DNA of 64,000 nt from NCBI GenBank assembly GCA_944332075.1, contig CALVJL010000007.1:318-64317 (forward strand), read 5' to 3'. Both the position numbers and the translations under genes were made by a program. This DNA is from an uncultured Bacilli bacterium (GTDB lineage: Bacteria; Bacillota_I; Bacilli_A; RFN20; CAG-449). Positions 17,257-26,230 of the stretch are shown piece by piece (the first letter of the stretch is position 1; each line of letters starts with the position of its first letter). Under the pieces are notes generated by a model that worked only from the letters and a program-made list of their open reading frames with translations, had not been told where the DNA came from and ran no database searches.

Positions 17257-18032
17257 AATAAATCGCTTTCTCCCTTACTATAAGTTCCAGTTTTGATATG
17301 GAATCTTATATTGTTTTTCTTACAAAAATCAATGACCGTCTCACTACATTCATCATAGAAAGCCTTGTGGTCTTTATATTGAGAGATTAGCTTGTTGTAA
17401 TGCCACATGCCAAAAACTATGTAATCAACAAATTTTACCCTATTAAGCAGCTTTTTTAGGCTTTGCTTATTAATGTTTGGCGTTGGGTAAGGTTCAATAC
17501 TAACCCAGGTCTTACATCCCCTTTCGTGAAGGTACTTCAATGCTTTTATTCGATCTTCATATTTACTAGTATATGGCTCATATTTATCTCTAAAAGATTC
17601 ATCAGTGGAAACAAGTGTTATACCATATTGATTTATCCTCGATAGTTTAGCTAATTCATGAGGTAGGGTACTTTTTGTTAAAACAATAGCTGGAACATTA
17701 TAATCATTTAGTTTATTTATAATTTGAATTGTCATTTCCCCCACTTCTGGATAATCAGACATAAATGGATCAGTCGTAAAACATAACTGAACACTTTTAA
17801 TTTTGTCTTTTAATCTTGGTAATTCTTTTTCAAGAAGATCAATGGCATTAATAACTAATTTTGGCTCTAACCATTCCTGATAAGATTTGACATTTCCAAA
17901 TCTCTTAGCCATGTTAAAAGCATAACAAGGAAACATGCACCCATGGGCACAGCCTTGCACATGATTTATGGTATAGTCGCCATATTCAACTCCAGTTTTA
18001 TAAAGAAGTGATTTTCTCTCTATCGTTTTCAT
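17253..18032 (-). CDS. Radical SAM protein (SPL-like/DUF5131-related) with a CX3CX3C motif
   Basis: INHVQGCAHGCMFPCYA, TTDPF, LTKS, GITL, WVSIEP. Confidence 0.85.
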   Translation of the reverse strand: MKTIERKSLLYKTGVEYGDYTINHVQGCAHGCMFPCYAFNMAKRFGNVKSYQEWLEPKLVINAIDLLEKELPRLKDKIKSVQLCFTTDPFMSDYPEVGEMTIQIINKLNDYNVPAIVLTKSTLPHELAKLSRINQYGITLVSTDESFRDKYEPYTSKYEDRIKALKYLHERGCKTWVSIEPYPTPNINKQSLKKLLNRVKFVDYIVFGMWHYNKLISQYKDHKAFYDECSETVIDFCKKNNIRFHIKTGTYSKGESDLL

Positions 18033-19243
18033 TAAGCCATACCTCTTTTCACTTGCACCGTCTGCTTCTCTTTTCCACTTTTTTCAGACCAAAAATTGCT
18101 GCGCTTTCCTTTCTCTGTGAAGGCAGGCTCTCTTACGACAACAATATCACCGTTTGTTTCAAATTCTTTTAAAAATAAAATTAATTTTTTCTCGTCGCAT
18201 AAAACCCCATTGTTTGTGTAAAAATTAGCAAGAATATTTTTAAGATGTATAAAGCCATCAGGAATCTCTTTTATTATCTTTTCTTTTATTTCCTTATCAT
18301 CAATTGCCATATCCTCAACTGTAAATTCAAAGAAAGACATTTGCCCACCATGCCTTACATTCCTATGTTCTAAACTTCTTTTATACATATTATTTGCCAT
18401 AAGAATGCAACCATCAGTATGATTGCAACAATGAACTAATCTATATTTAGTGCCCTCTTCATCCTTTCTTCTTATAGGCATATTAAGAACATACTTATAT
18501 CCATTTTTTAAGGTGTTACAAAAAAGTTCGGCTATGTTTCTCTCAGCTTCTCCAGCACTAATTTTATTTTCCTTGTATTTTAAAACTATATCAACCCATT
18601 GATTACTTCCTATAATGTTGGTTAATGTATCTTTTGAATCAATCGGAGTTGTATCATATTCTTCTAAAATATTAAGTATATGATTAATTGCATTGTCTTT
18701 TAATTTTACATTTAAAACGCGACATGCATCTCTAAAAAATCCATAAGAATTGAAATTTATTAATAATTCAATGCTCTTGAAATAGTTTGCATAATTAACA
18801 AAATCTTTAGCATTTAAAGCTTTAATCCCGTATGGATCAATATAAAGAAAAACGGAACTTTCCTTATTTTTGAATAATATATTTTGAATATTTTCTTCAA
18901 ACGTACCATTGATTACATGCAAATTATATTTTTCATAATCTATTAAATTATTTTTTAAGTCCTTTGCATAATTAACGTCGATAAAGTAGCAATTTATGAT
19001 GGGTTTTGTAATTGTGTTAAAATGTTCAAAAGACTCATCTATTGTTTTCATTGCAATTCTTGGAGATCCATCTTTCCCATCATCAAATTTGCCTTTGCCA
19101 GCAAAAGCATCTATATAACAAATTGGTTTTTTTCTATATTTAATTTTCTCAAGATAGGGTTTCAAATAACAGCCTAAAAGAGCATCTTTAGTTTCAGACC
19201 ATATTTTCTTTTTAACAAAAAAGTCATCATTTCTCTTGGACAT
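18032..19243 (-). CDS. tcmP: Three-Cys-motif partner protein (SAM-methyltransferase-like fold, C-terminal wHTH)
   Basis: WSETKD.LL..YL, YIDAFAG.G...DGSP, FLYIDPYG, ELLINF; about 400 aa and adjacent to a three-Cys partner. Confidence 0.85.
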   Translation of the reverse strand: MSKRNDDFFVKKKIWSETKDALLGCYLKPYLEKIKYRKKPICYIDAFAGKGKFDDGKDGSPRIAMKTIDESFEHFNTITKPIINCYFIDVNYAKDLKNNLIDYEKYNLHVINGTFEENIQNILFKNKESSVFLYIDPYGIKALNAKDFVNYANYFKSIELLINFNSYGFFRDACRVLNVKLKDNAINHILNILEEYDTTPIDSKDTLTNIIGSNQWVDIVLKYKENKISAGEAERNIAELFCNTLKNGYKYVLNMPIRRKDEEGTKYRLVHCCNHTDGCILMANNMYKRSLEHRNVRHGGQMSFFEFTVEDMAIDDKEIKEKIIKEIPDGFIHLKNILANFYTNNGVLCDEKKLILFLKEFETNGDIVVVREPAFTEKGKRSNFWSEKSGKEKQTVQVKRGMA

Positions 19244-19245
19244 AG

Positions 19246-20124
19246 TTATTTTTCCCCTTCTCTTGCTTCATTTAGATAATAAATAAGCAAACTATTAATG
19301 TCAGCAAGTGGTCTTCCCATTCTTAAAGGACAAACAAAGTATAAAGCCTTCTCAGATTTGCCTTTTTTTATTAATTTCATTAAACTAGCATTTTCATAAA
19401 AAGTTTTTTTGTCAACCCAGCCCATAATAATAGCTTTACGAGCATCTTCGTCTATAAAAACTCTGATATACACATCATCAGAATTCTCTTTCTCTATTTT
19501 TAGAACATCTTTTATCAAGTCGTTATCAATAGAGCTAAGACCTATTTTATCCTTGACAAACTTACAATAATTTTCAAAGTTTAAATCCCCTTCTCTCAAG
19601 AAAAACGGATAAGTTAGAAAATCTAGCGACTCTAATTCGCTAAAAAGACTTTCAACTTCTTTTGGGTTGTTATAATCAGCAAAATGAGCTCTTTCTTTAT
19701 ATTTTTTTGCTAATCTTGTAGATTTTATTTCCACAGTGAAAGCATTAAATTTTCGAATTTGTTTTCTTACTTCAGCGTTAAGTTTAGGCCCATTTTTCTT
19801 GACAGAACTATTAATTAATTCTACTAAATCATCTTCTAAACATTCACATAAAAGAGCATCAAAAGGGGCATGTAATTTAAAATTATCTTTTCTAAAAGAA
19901 TCATATGGATAATAAATAGGTATATTAAAAATTCTAAACGCAGTAGCAACCGCAAATTCAGCAATTTTGCCAATATTTGTGTCAGATTCCTTTTGATACG
20001 TAGTTCGCCCCTTTTGCCAGGTGTTGAATGTATTAACTACTAATTTATGAATATTAAGATTTTTATCAGCAATAATGTCATCAAAATTTATAATTATCGC
20101 ATTATTTATTAATTGCAAATACAT
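19246..20124 (-). CDS. Putative PD-(D/E)xK restriction-endonuclease-like protein
   Basis: GKIAEFAV helix, APFD...VEIKS core, DVYIRV...IIMGWV strands. Confidence 0.65.
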   Translation of the reverse strand: MYLQLINNAIIINFDDIIADKNLNIHKLVVNTFNTWQKGRTTYQKESDTNIGKIAEFAVATAFRIFNIPIYYPYDSFRKDNFKLHAPFDALLCECLEDDLVELINSSVKKNGPKLNAEVRKQIRKFNAFTVEIKSTRLAKKYKERAHFADYNNPKEVESLFSELESLDFLTYPFFLREGDLNFENYCKFVKDKIGLSSIDNDLIKDVLKIEKENSDDVYIRVFIDEDARKAIIMGWVDKKTFYENASLMKLIKKGKSEKALYFVCPLRMGRPLADINSLLIYYLNEAREGEK

Positions 20125-20129
20125 TTAAA

Positions 20130-22262
20130 TCACCTTTTTGATATTAATTGGACAAATTGATCAAATGTTAGCGTGCTTTCAAGCCCATTAAAATAACAGC
20201 TAATTTGCCACGAATCATCTTTCTTTATTGGTAAATAAAAATAATATCCAGTTAAGCGAGATGCTTCTTTATAACATTTTTTGAGCTCAGCTACTTTTGC
20301 AATATAAGAGCCTCTATCAATATTAACATCAGACGAAATATTGACACTTTTTACTTCAAAAAGATGAATTCGATCATAACTATCTTTAACAATAAAATCA
20401 GGATAAGAAAAATGACTACCTTTTAAATAATATTCATATTTAATCTCAGAGTTTGAAACGTAGTTTTTTGCCCATAAAAATTTATTTGTAGCATTTAGAT
20501 ATTTTGGCTCTGGCTCGTCAAGTAATGTTGGCTGACCATATCTAGGATTTTTACGGCCAAATAGTCTACACTTCACAATAGTTTGTTTATTTGAATTGAT
20601 CTTAGAAGTAAGGTCTTTTAATCTTGAAGCCCAGTCCCATTCAGCTTCACTATCGAAAGAAAACTTAACTTGCCCATCTTTTCTTTTCCAAAGCCAATCA
20701 TCTATAAGTAAATAGTTTCCGTTATCGGTGTAATAAGATTCAATTGGAAGACTACTTAAAATTATTCCTGTGTCACTTTCATTTAAAGTCATGCTTTTTG
20801 AATAATCACATAAAAATTTATTTGATTCGTTTTCAATTTCCTCTACGTGGGAAGTAAATTTGATCCATTTTTGAATCGAATTTGAATATTCATAGCACAT
20901 ATTTTTTACATGCTCATCCGATTGCATCAGTCTTCTATATAACGCAAAAATAGATTTGAAATTATCGTCTTCATTTTTTGTTGCGATAAAACTATCTATT
21001 GAAAAATTTGCCTTCTTGGATAAATTCTTAAGACGAGTTGTCTTTATTGATATTTCACTTTTAACATCATAGTATTCATCAATAGGCTTAACGGCAAATG
21101 TTTTCTTTTTACGTATAGGCAATATGCCCCAGATCCATGCAGTCATTGCTAGTTTTTGTGCGTCAATATTTAGATTTTCAAAATCTAGTAATCGTGGATT
21201 TCTTCTTACTCTCCCTATAACTTGTTCATCAAGTTGATCACTTTTTGTATCTCTGACTTGATAAAGCATACACGCTCTAGGAATATCCCATCCTTCTGTT
21301 ATAACCATTTTAAAAATGATTATGTCTATACCCGATGTATTTTCTTTTGCATAGTCTTTCCATTTTTTTACTGGCATTTTTTTAGCCTTGAAGACATCGT
21401 TCGTGTTACATTTCTTTTCATCATCAACAATAAGCATCCATTTTAAATCTTGATGCTCTATTTTATTTAAGGTTGGAAATATAATATTGTTTAGTTCGTA
21501 ATCTGCTTTATCTTTATTTGAAATTTGTATTATAAGGCAAGGATTTACACCTAATAGATTTCTATAGTTATCTTTAATACTTTCAAATTTATTTATTGCA
21601 GCTTCAACAGTGTCGTTTTCATCACCAAGAACAACTCTTTTAATCAAACATGAATTAACTGCTTCTTCATCAGCAATTTGTACATCAGGATTTTGTCCTC
21701 GTCTTAAATTTGGCGTAGCTGAGAAATTAATTATTTTTTCAAAGTATTCATCAGAAATACTGTCGAGATTATTGGTTGCAATGTGACACTCATCTTTAAT
21801 TAAAATAAAGCGTTTACCAAGACCACCTAAAAAAGGATTGAACGTCATCGTGTTTAAAAAATTTTGCATAGCACCTTGCATTAACCTACCACCTTTTTTG
21901 AAAAGATCTCGAGGCAGTAAATAAATATTATAAGTAGTCGGTATAAATAGACTTTCTTCGCCACTAATATTTGTGTTTATAAGATATGTGTTAAGATTAG
22001 GAAATTTCCCTGAACTCTTATATTGCTCAAATTTTTCGTAGTTTTGCTCCGCTAAATTACCTTTGGATAAAGTGGAAATTAGAAAAACTATATCTTTGTT
22101 CGCAGAGATAATTCGATTTATTAAGTCAGCCATCATGAAAGTTTTTCCGCTTCCTGTAGGAGCACGAAAAGTGAATTCGTTTTTCTTTGAATTACTATTT
22201 TGTAAAAGAGAATATAACTCGTTAACAGCTCTATTTTGTAAATCAATTGCATCTTGAAGCAT
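20130..22262 (-). CDS. res: Type III restriction endonuclease subunit
   Basis: APTGSGKT, DECH, SATP, EGWDIPR, QVIGRVRR and C-terminal YPDF...EVK nuclease; directly follows mod. Confidence 0.92.
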   Translation of the reverse strand: MLQDAIDLQNRAVNELYSLLQNSNSKKNEFTFRAPTGSGKTFMMADLINRIISANKDIVFLISTLSKGNLAEQNYEKFEQYKSSGKFPNLNTYLINTNISGEESLFIPTTYNIYLLPRDLFKKGGRLMQGAMQNFLNTMTFNPFLGGLGKRFILIKDECHIATNNLDSISDEYFEKIINFSATPNLRRGQNPDVQIADEEAVNSCLIKRVVLGDENDTVEAAINKFESIKDNYRNLLGVNPCLIIQISNKDKADYELNNIIFPTLNKIEHQDLKWMLIVDDEKKCNTNDVFKAKKMPVKKWKDYAKENTSGIDIIIFKMVITEGWDIPRACMLYQVRDTKSDQLDEQVIGRVRRNPRLLDFENLNIDAQKLAMTAWIWGILPIRKKKTFAVKPIDEYYDVKSEISIKTTRLKNLSKKANFSIDSFIATKNEDDNFKSIFALYRRLMQSDEHVKNMCYEYSNSIQKWIKFTSHVEEIENESNKFLCDYSKSMTLNESDTGIILSSLPIESYYTDNGNYLLIDDWLWKRKDGQVKFSFDSEAEWDWASRLKDLTSKINSNKQTIVKCRLFGRKNPRYGQPTLLDEPEPKYLNATNKFLWAKNYVSNSEIKYEYYLKGSHFSYPDFIVKDSYDRIHLFEVKSVNISSDVNIDRGSYIAKVAELKKCYKEASRLTGYYFYLPIKKDDSWQISCYFNGLESTLTFDQFVQLISKR

Positions 22263-22264
22263 AT

Positions 22265-23932
22265 CTATTCGTTCTCCCTTTTGATATATGACTCATCACT
22301 TTCAATGATTATTTGTGTAGGTTCAAAGCTGTTACAAACCCATTGTATTTTGTCTTTCAAATAATCAAATTTCTTTAATCCGTAAAGCTCTTCGTCGATT
22401 ACATCAAATGCAGTTTTACCTTCGGTTTTCTCAAAATTGGCAACACTGTTTATTTCATACACATCCAAATTTTCTTTGTATGGAATAAAACCATCTCGGG
22501 CTAACTTAAAATCTTTAGTCCCGTCATAGCAACAGCCAGTCATAATTCTCTTTAAACGCTTTGCCGTAACGTCATATGCAATTCCGTTTGGTGTTGTATC
22601 TGTAACTTCGTTTAATTGGCAAAGGATAAATTGCCTTTCACCGCCATCCTTAGAATTTAATTCAAGTACAGACTGAGCAGTCGTCCCTGAACCACCAAAA
22701 AAGTCAAGTATAATAGCGTCTTTTTTACTACAAACCATATTAATTAAAGATGTAGTTAAAGAAGATGGCTTAGGATTCTTAAAAATAACACTCCCATTAT
22801 CAAAAATGGAATCAAGTTCTTTTTTCCCATTATCATTGGAATATTTATTGTCAATAAATGAAAGAGTAGTAAAAGCTTTAGTAGGATCTATAAACTCAAT
22901 TTCATTTTTGCCATTTTTCTTTCTACATTTAAGGTATGATTTTGTATAAATTCTATTATTTTTAACCACAAGAAAATCATTTTTTATACCCCATTCAACT
23001 GCGCTTTTAGACCATCTCCATACCCAGTCAGTTACGCCATGGATACCATTATGTCTTTTCTCCATTTCTTCTTTGTTACCGCCAGGATAAAACTTTTTAC
23101 CTTCAAACTCGATTTCGTAGTCCATGCCTGTACTATATTGAAGCGAATCATAGTCCAATGTCTGTGTGAGAGCATATTTGCCCCTTGTCTCGACATATTG
23201 GTCTTCGTATTTATATTTTGATAAATCAGTTTTTTCTTCTTGGCTAAAAACAATATCAGAAGATAAAGTATAACCCAAAACATAGTCGTTATTTTTTGCA
23301 ATTGTTTGGGTGGATTTTCCACCTTTCTTAGTAATGCGTGGAACATTAAGAAGAAAACTTGACTCTCCGAAAACCTCATCCATTAAGCATTTAATATATG
23401 CTTGATTTCTATCATCAATGCTGACGAAAATAACCCCACTAGATGATAAAAGTTGTTTAGCTAATATGAGTCTCGGATACAGCATTGATATCAAATTATC
23501 ACGAGTTAAAGCATTCTCATAATTAGTCTGAGCAAATTCACCTAAACTATCCTTCCCATAAGGAGGATCTATATAAATAACATCTATGCTATGTCTATAC
23601 TGAATTAATAAATTTAACAATGCTGGGTAATTATCACCAATAATTAGTTTATGAGTTGTTTTTGATTGGTTTGTGACAAAGCTTAAACTATTATTTTTCT
23701 TAAAATAACTTATAGTATTGCTAGGTTTCTCTAATCTTTTATCAAAATGAAGTCCAGTTCTTTTATAGGTTGTCCCAAGTTCAGCTATACTAATTGCTTC
23801 AGTCAAAGATTCTGATTTAATTATAAGTTTTTTTAATAAGTCAGCATTTGATTTTTCTAAAATTTTATCTGCTACTCTTCGGTCTAATTCAGCAATAAGC
23901 ATGTCTTTACTTGCATTTGTTTTGTTTTCCAT
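22265..23932 (-). CDS. mod: Type III adenine DNA methyltransferase subunit
   Basis: GDNY..L, IYIDPPY, FVSIDD, NPKP, DFFGGSGTT (beta-class order). Confidence 0.93.
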   Translation of the reverse strand: MENKTNASKDMLIAELDRRVADKILEKSNADLLKKLIIKSESLTEAISIAELGTTYKRTGLHFDKRLEKPSNTISYFKKNNSLSFVTNQSKTTHKLIIGDNYPALLNLLIQYRHSIDVIYIDPPYGKDSLGEFAQTNYENALTRDNLISMLYPRLILAKQLLSSSGVIFVSIDDRNQAYIKCLMDEVFGESSFLLNVPRITKKGGKSTQTIAKNNDYVLGYTLSSDIVFSQEEKTDLSKYKYEDQYVETRGKYALTQTLDYDSLQYSTGMDYEIEFEGKKFYPGGNKEEMEKRHNGIHGVTDWVWRWSKSAVEWGIKNDFLVVKNNRIYTKSYLKCRKKNGKNEIEFIDPTKAFTTLSFIDNKYSNDNGKKELDSIFDNGSVIFKNPKPSSLTTSLINMVCSKKDAIILDFFGGSGTTAQSVLELNSKDGGERQFILCQLNEVTDTTPNGIAYDVTAKRLKRIMTGCCYDGTKDFKLARDGFIPYKENLDVYEINSVANFEKTEGKTAFDVIDEELYGLKKFDYLKDKIQWVCNSFEPTQIIIESDESYIKRENE

Positions 23933-23949
23933 TCTCTTCACCTCTATTA

Positions 23950-24144
23950 TTAATCATCTAATTTCATGCCTATCTCATCAAAGAGAGCGACAAGTTTCTT
24001 TTTGGTATCCATAGTTGGCTCGAATCTACCCGTTTCCCATCTACAAACGGAAACATAACTAACATTTAATATTTTAGCTAATTCCTCTTGTGTTAAGCAT
24101 TTTCTTTCACGGTATTCTCTTATTTTCTTTGCATAATCAAACAT
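23950..24144 (-). CDS. XRE-family HTH regulator (possible controller protein)
   Basis: LTQEELAKILNVSYVSVCRWETGRFEP; first gene of the R-M operon. Confidence 0.92.
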   Translation of the reverse strand: MFDYAKKIREYRERKCLTQEELAKILNVSYVSVCRWETGRFEPTMDTKKKLVALFDEIGMKLDD

Positions 24145-24240
24145 ATGGTCACCTCAAATATTTATCAGTATTTTAACATAAACAAGGTTAAATTTCGATA
24201 TTTTCGTAGAACTTTGAAGAGATTTTTTCTCAAAAAGGAT

Positions 24241-24297
24241 AAAAAGTTTTTTGTGGGACAAAAAGTTTATTGTGCTATAAAAAGTTTTTAGTGCAAA
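24241..24297. repeat. Three tandem 19-bp direct repeats (AAAAAGTTTWTWGTG core)
   Basis: aaaaagttttttgtgggac / aaaaagtttattgtgctat / aaaaagtttttagtgcaaa. Confidence 0.75.
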
Positions 24298-24393
24298 ATC
24301 ATGAGCTAAAAGTTCACTAGCAGAGGTTAGGATGTTTAGTCGGTTATACTCAATTTATGTTAAAAAAATGCTAAATTTTGCTAATTTTGGCAC

Positions 24394-24432
24394 AAAAAAA
24401 GGTTTGACCAGCGATTTTCACTGTATCAAACC
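24394..24432 (-). terminator. Intrinsic terminator after tRNA-Glu
   Basis: Minus strand GGTTTGA...TCAAACC followed by T7. Confidence 0.7.
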
Positions 24433-24445
24433 TATGCTTTCAATA

Positions 24446-24522
24446 TGGTGATCCTTAGGAGACTCGAACTCCTACTCTTCTCCTTGAGAGGGAGACGTGT
24501 TAACCAGTTCCACCAAAGGACC
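24446..24522 (-). tRNA. tRNA-Glu (anticodon CTC), CCA encoded
   Basis: GGTCCTT/AAGGATC acceptor stem, D arm with GG, TCTCC-CT-CTC-AA-GGAGA anticodon arm, GTTCGAGT T loop, ACCA end. Confidence 0.96.
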
Positions 24523-24553
24523 AATGTGGTGCTTAGTTATTACACCACATTTT

Positions 24554-26218
24554 TTACATCAATGCAATAGCTTTTTCAATTCTCCGGTTAATTTCTTCCT
24601 TACCGAGAATTCTTAAGATGTAATAAATATTTGGAGATTGTTTTGATGAAGTTAATGCAATTCTAATCATCTCTGCAACATCACCGACTTGTCCGATATA
24701 AAGATCTCTATTTTTCTTTAAGGTCTTCATATTTTCCGCAAAATGATATTTGGCTCCTAAAGCTTTTAAAGAAGCAAACCAAGTGCTTTCATCAGTATCA
24801 TAATTTAAAGTAGCAGCGAACTCTCTTAAAATATTTTTAATTAATTCTTTATCAAAATTTGGATTAAACGGTAATGGATTGCTTTCCATTAATTCCGAAT
24901 AATATGGTTCATACATAAACTTAATCTTATCAAAGACTTCAGAATAGGTAACATAGTCTTTTCTTGGATTAGGTTTATCTTTTTCAATATCCATAATCTT
25001 CTCAAAATATTCTTCATTAGAAGTAATGAGCTTATAGAAGTTTTGATCATACTTTTCAGTATATTTTTTCATTTCTTCTAACATCTTTTTCGCGGTATAT
25101 TTTCCGATTACTTCTTTAGAAATATTTCTTAATTTCTCTAAATCGAATAACGCTCCATCAAGAGACATTTTATCAAAGGAGAAGGTAAAATCATCTAAAC
25201 CTAAAGTTGGATTTTCAATATGCCATTCTTCATAGTTAGAATTAGCAATTGTATATAAATATTCTTTAATTGCTTCAACTGGATAGCCGTCTTGAAGGAA
25301 ATAGGCAATAGCAGCTTCATTATCTTTTCTCTTTGATAATTTTCTCTTATTTCCGTTATCGAGTTTCATGATAACTGGAAGATGAGCATATTTAGGAGCC
25401 TTCCAGCTCATGGAAGCAAATAATTCAAGGTGAATAGGTAAAGATGGAAGCCATTCTTCGCCGCGGGAGACAATCGTTGTTCTCATAAAGTGATCATCGA
25501 CTAAATGAGCGAAATGGTAAGTTGGTAAACCATCAGATTTATAAATAACGATGTCTTGGTCATTTTCTGATAGGAAAAGGTGACCTCTAACTAAATCATC
25601 GACTTCAACTTTATTATTGTGATCGCCCATTGATTTAAAACGGATGACATAAGGTTTGCCCTCTTTAATTAAAACCATAGCTTCATCGACTGATAATTTA
25701 CGGCATTTCGCGTATTCTCCGTAGTAACCTGGGATAATTTTATTTTCTTCTTGAGTCTTTCTTAAAGCCTGTAAATCTTCTTGAGAGCAAAAGCATGGAT
25801 AGGCCCGTCCTCTTAATAATAAATCCTTAATTACGACTTTATAAATATCCGCGCGGTGAGATTGGATATATGGTCCATATTTTCCTTCTTCATGGTCACC
25901 TAAATAACCTTCATCTGGGACGACATTAAAGACTGCGAGTTGATCGAGTAATTCTTTTCCTGATCCTTCAATTTCTCTTTTAGTATCAGTATCTTCAAGA
26001 CGGGTAAAGAAGACACCTTTGCTTTGATGAGCGACTTTTTCAGCAACTAAGGTTGTAAAAAGTGAACCAGTATGTAAAAAGCCGGTTGGTGAAGGAGCAA
26101 AACGAGTAACTTCGGCACCTTCAGGAAGATTTCTTGAAGGATATCTCTTTTCTAAATCTGCGACAGTTTCTGTGACTTCTGGGAAAATTAAATTTGCTAA
26201 ATCTGATAATGTAGCCAT
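24554..26218 (-). CDS. gltX: Glutamate--tRNA ligase
   Basis: TRFAPSPTGFLHTG, RLEDTD, PTYHFA..VDD, RGEEW, KLSKR. Confidence 0.97.
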   Translation of the reverse strand: MATLSDLANLIFPEVTETVADLEKRYPSRNLPEGAEVTRFAPSPTGFLHTGSLFTTLVAEKVAHQSKGVFFTRLEDTDTKREIEGSGKELLDQLAVFNVVPDEGYLGDHEEGKYGPYIQSHRADIYKVVIKDLLLRGRAYPCFCSQEDLQALRKTQEENKIIPGYYGEYAKCRKLSVDEAMVLIKEGKPYVIRFKSMGDHNNKVEVDDLVRGHLFLSENDQDIVIYKSDGLPTYHFAHLVDDHFMRTTIVSRGEEWLPSLPIHLELFASMSWKAPKYAHLPVIMKLDNGNKRKLSKRKDNEAAIAYFLQDGYPVEAIKEYLYTIANSNYEEWHIENPTLGLDDFTFSFDKMSLDGALFDLEKLRNISKEVIGKYTAKKMLEEMKKYTEKYDQNFYKLITSNEEYFEKIMDIEKDKPNPRKDYVTYSEVFDKIKFMYEPYYSELMESNPLPFNPNFDKELIKNILREFAATLNYDTDESTWFASLKALGAKYHFAENMKTLKKNRDLYIGQVGDVAEMIRIALTSSKQSPNIYYILRILGKEEINRRIEKAIALM

Positions 26219-26230
26219 AAATAAACCTTT

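Larger units (their letters stand above)
1..24445 (-). mobile_element. Prophage arm (defence, replication and start of packaging modules), continuing beyond the left window edge
   Basis: Contiguous minus-strand block with DUF2800, DUF2815, PolA, VirE, VRR-NUC, SNF2, ArpU, HNH and amidoligase, a gene order typical of Firmicutes temperate phages. It ends next to a tRNA 3' end, where housekeeping genes begin. No integrase or structural genes lie in the window. Confidence 0.9.

Noticed and set aside
6495-23379. Numerous short ORFs antisense to or nested in phage genes (e.g. 9556..9906, 10928..11368, 23032..23379)
   Set aside because: Shadow frames of well-supported genes, with no independent signals.
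22265-23932. Phase-variable type III mod (phasevarion)
   Set aside because: No simple-sequence repeat tract is visible in the gene or its 5' region, and the frame is intact.
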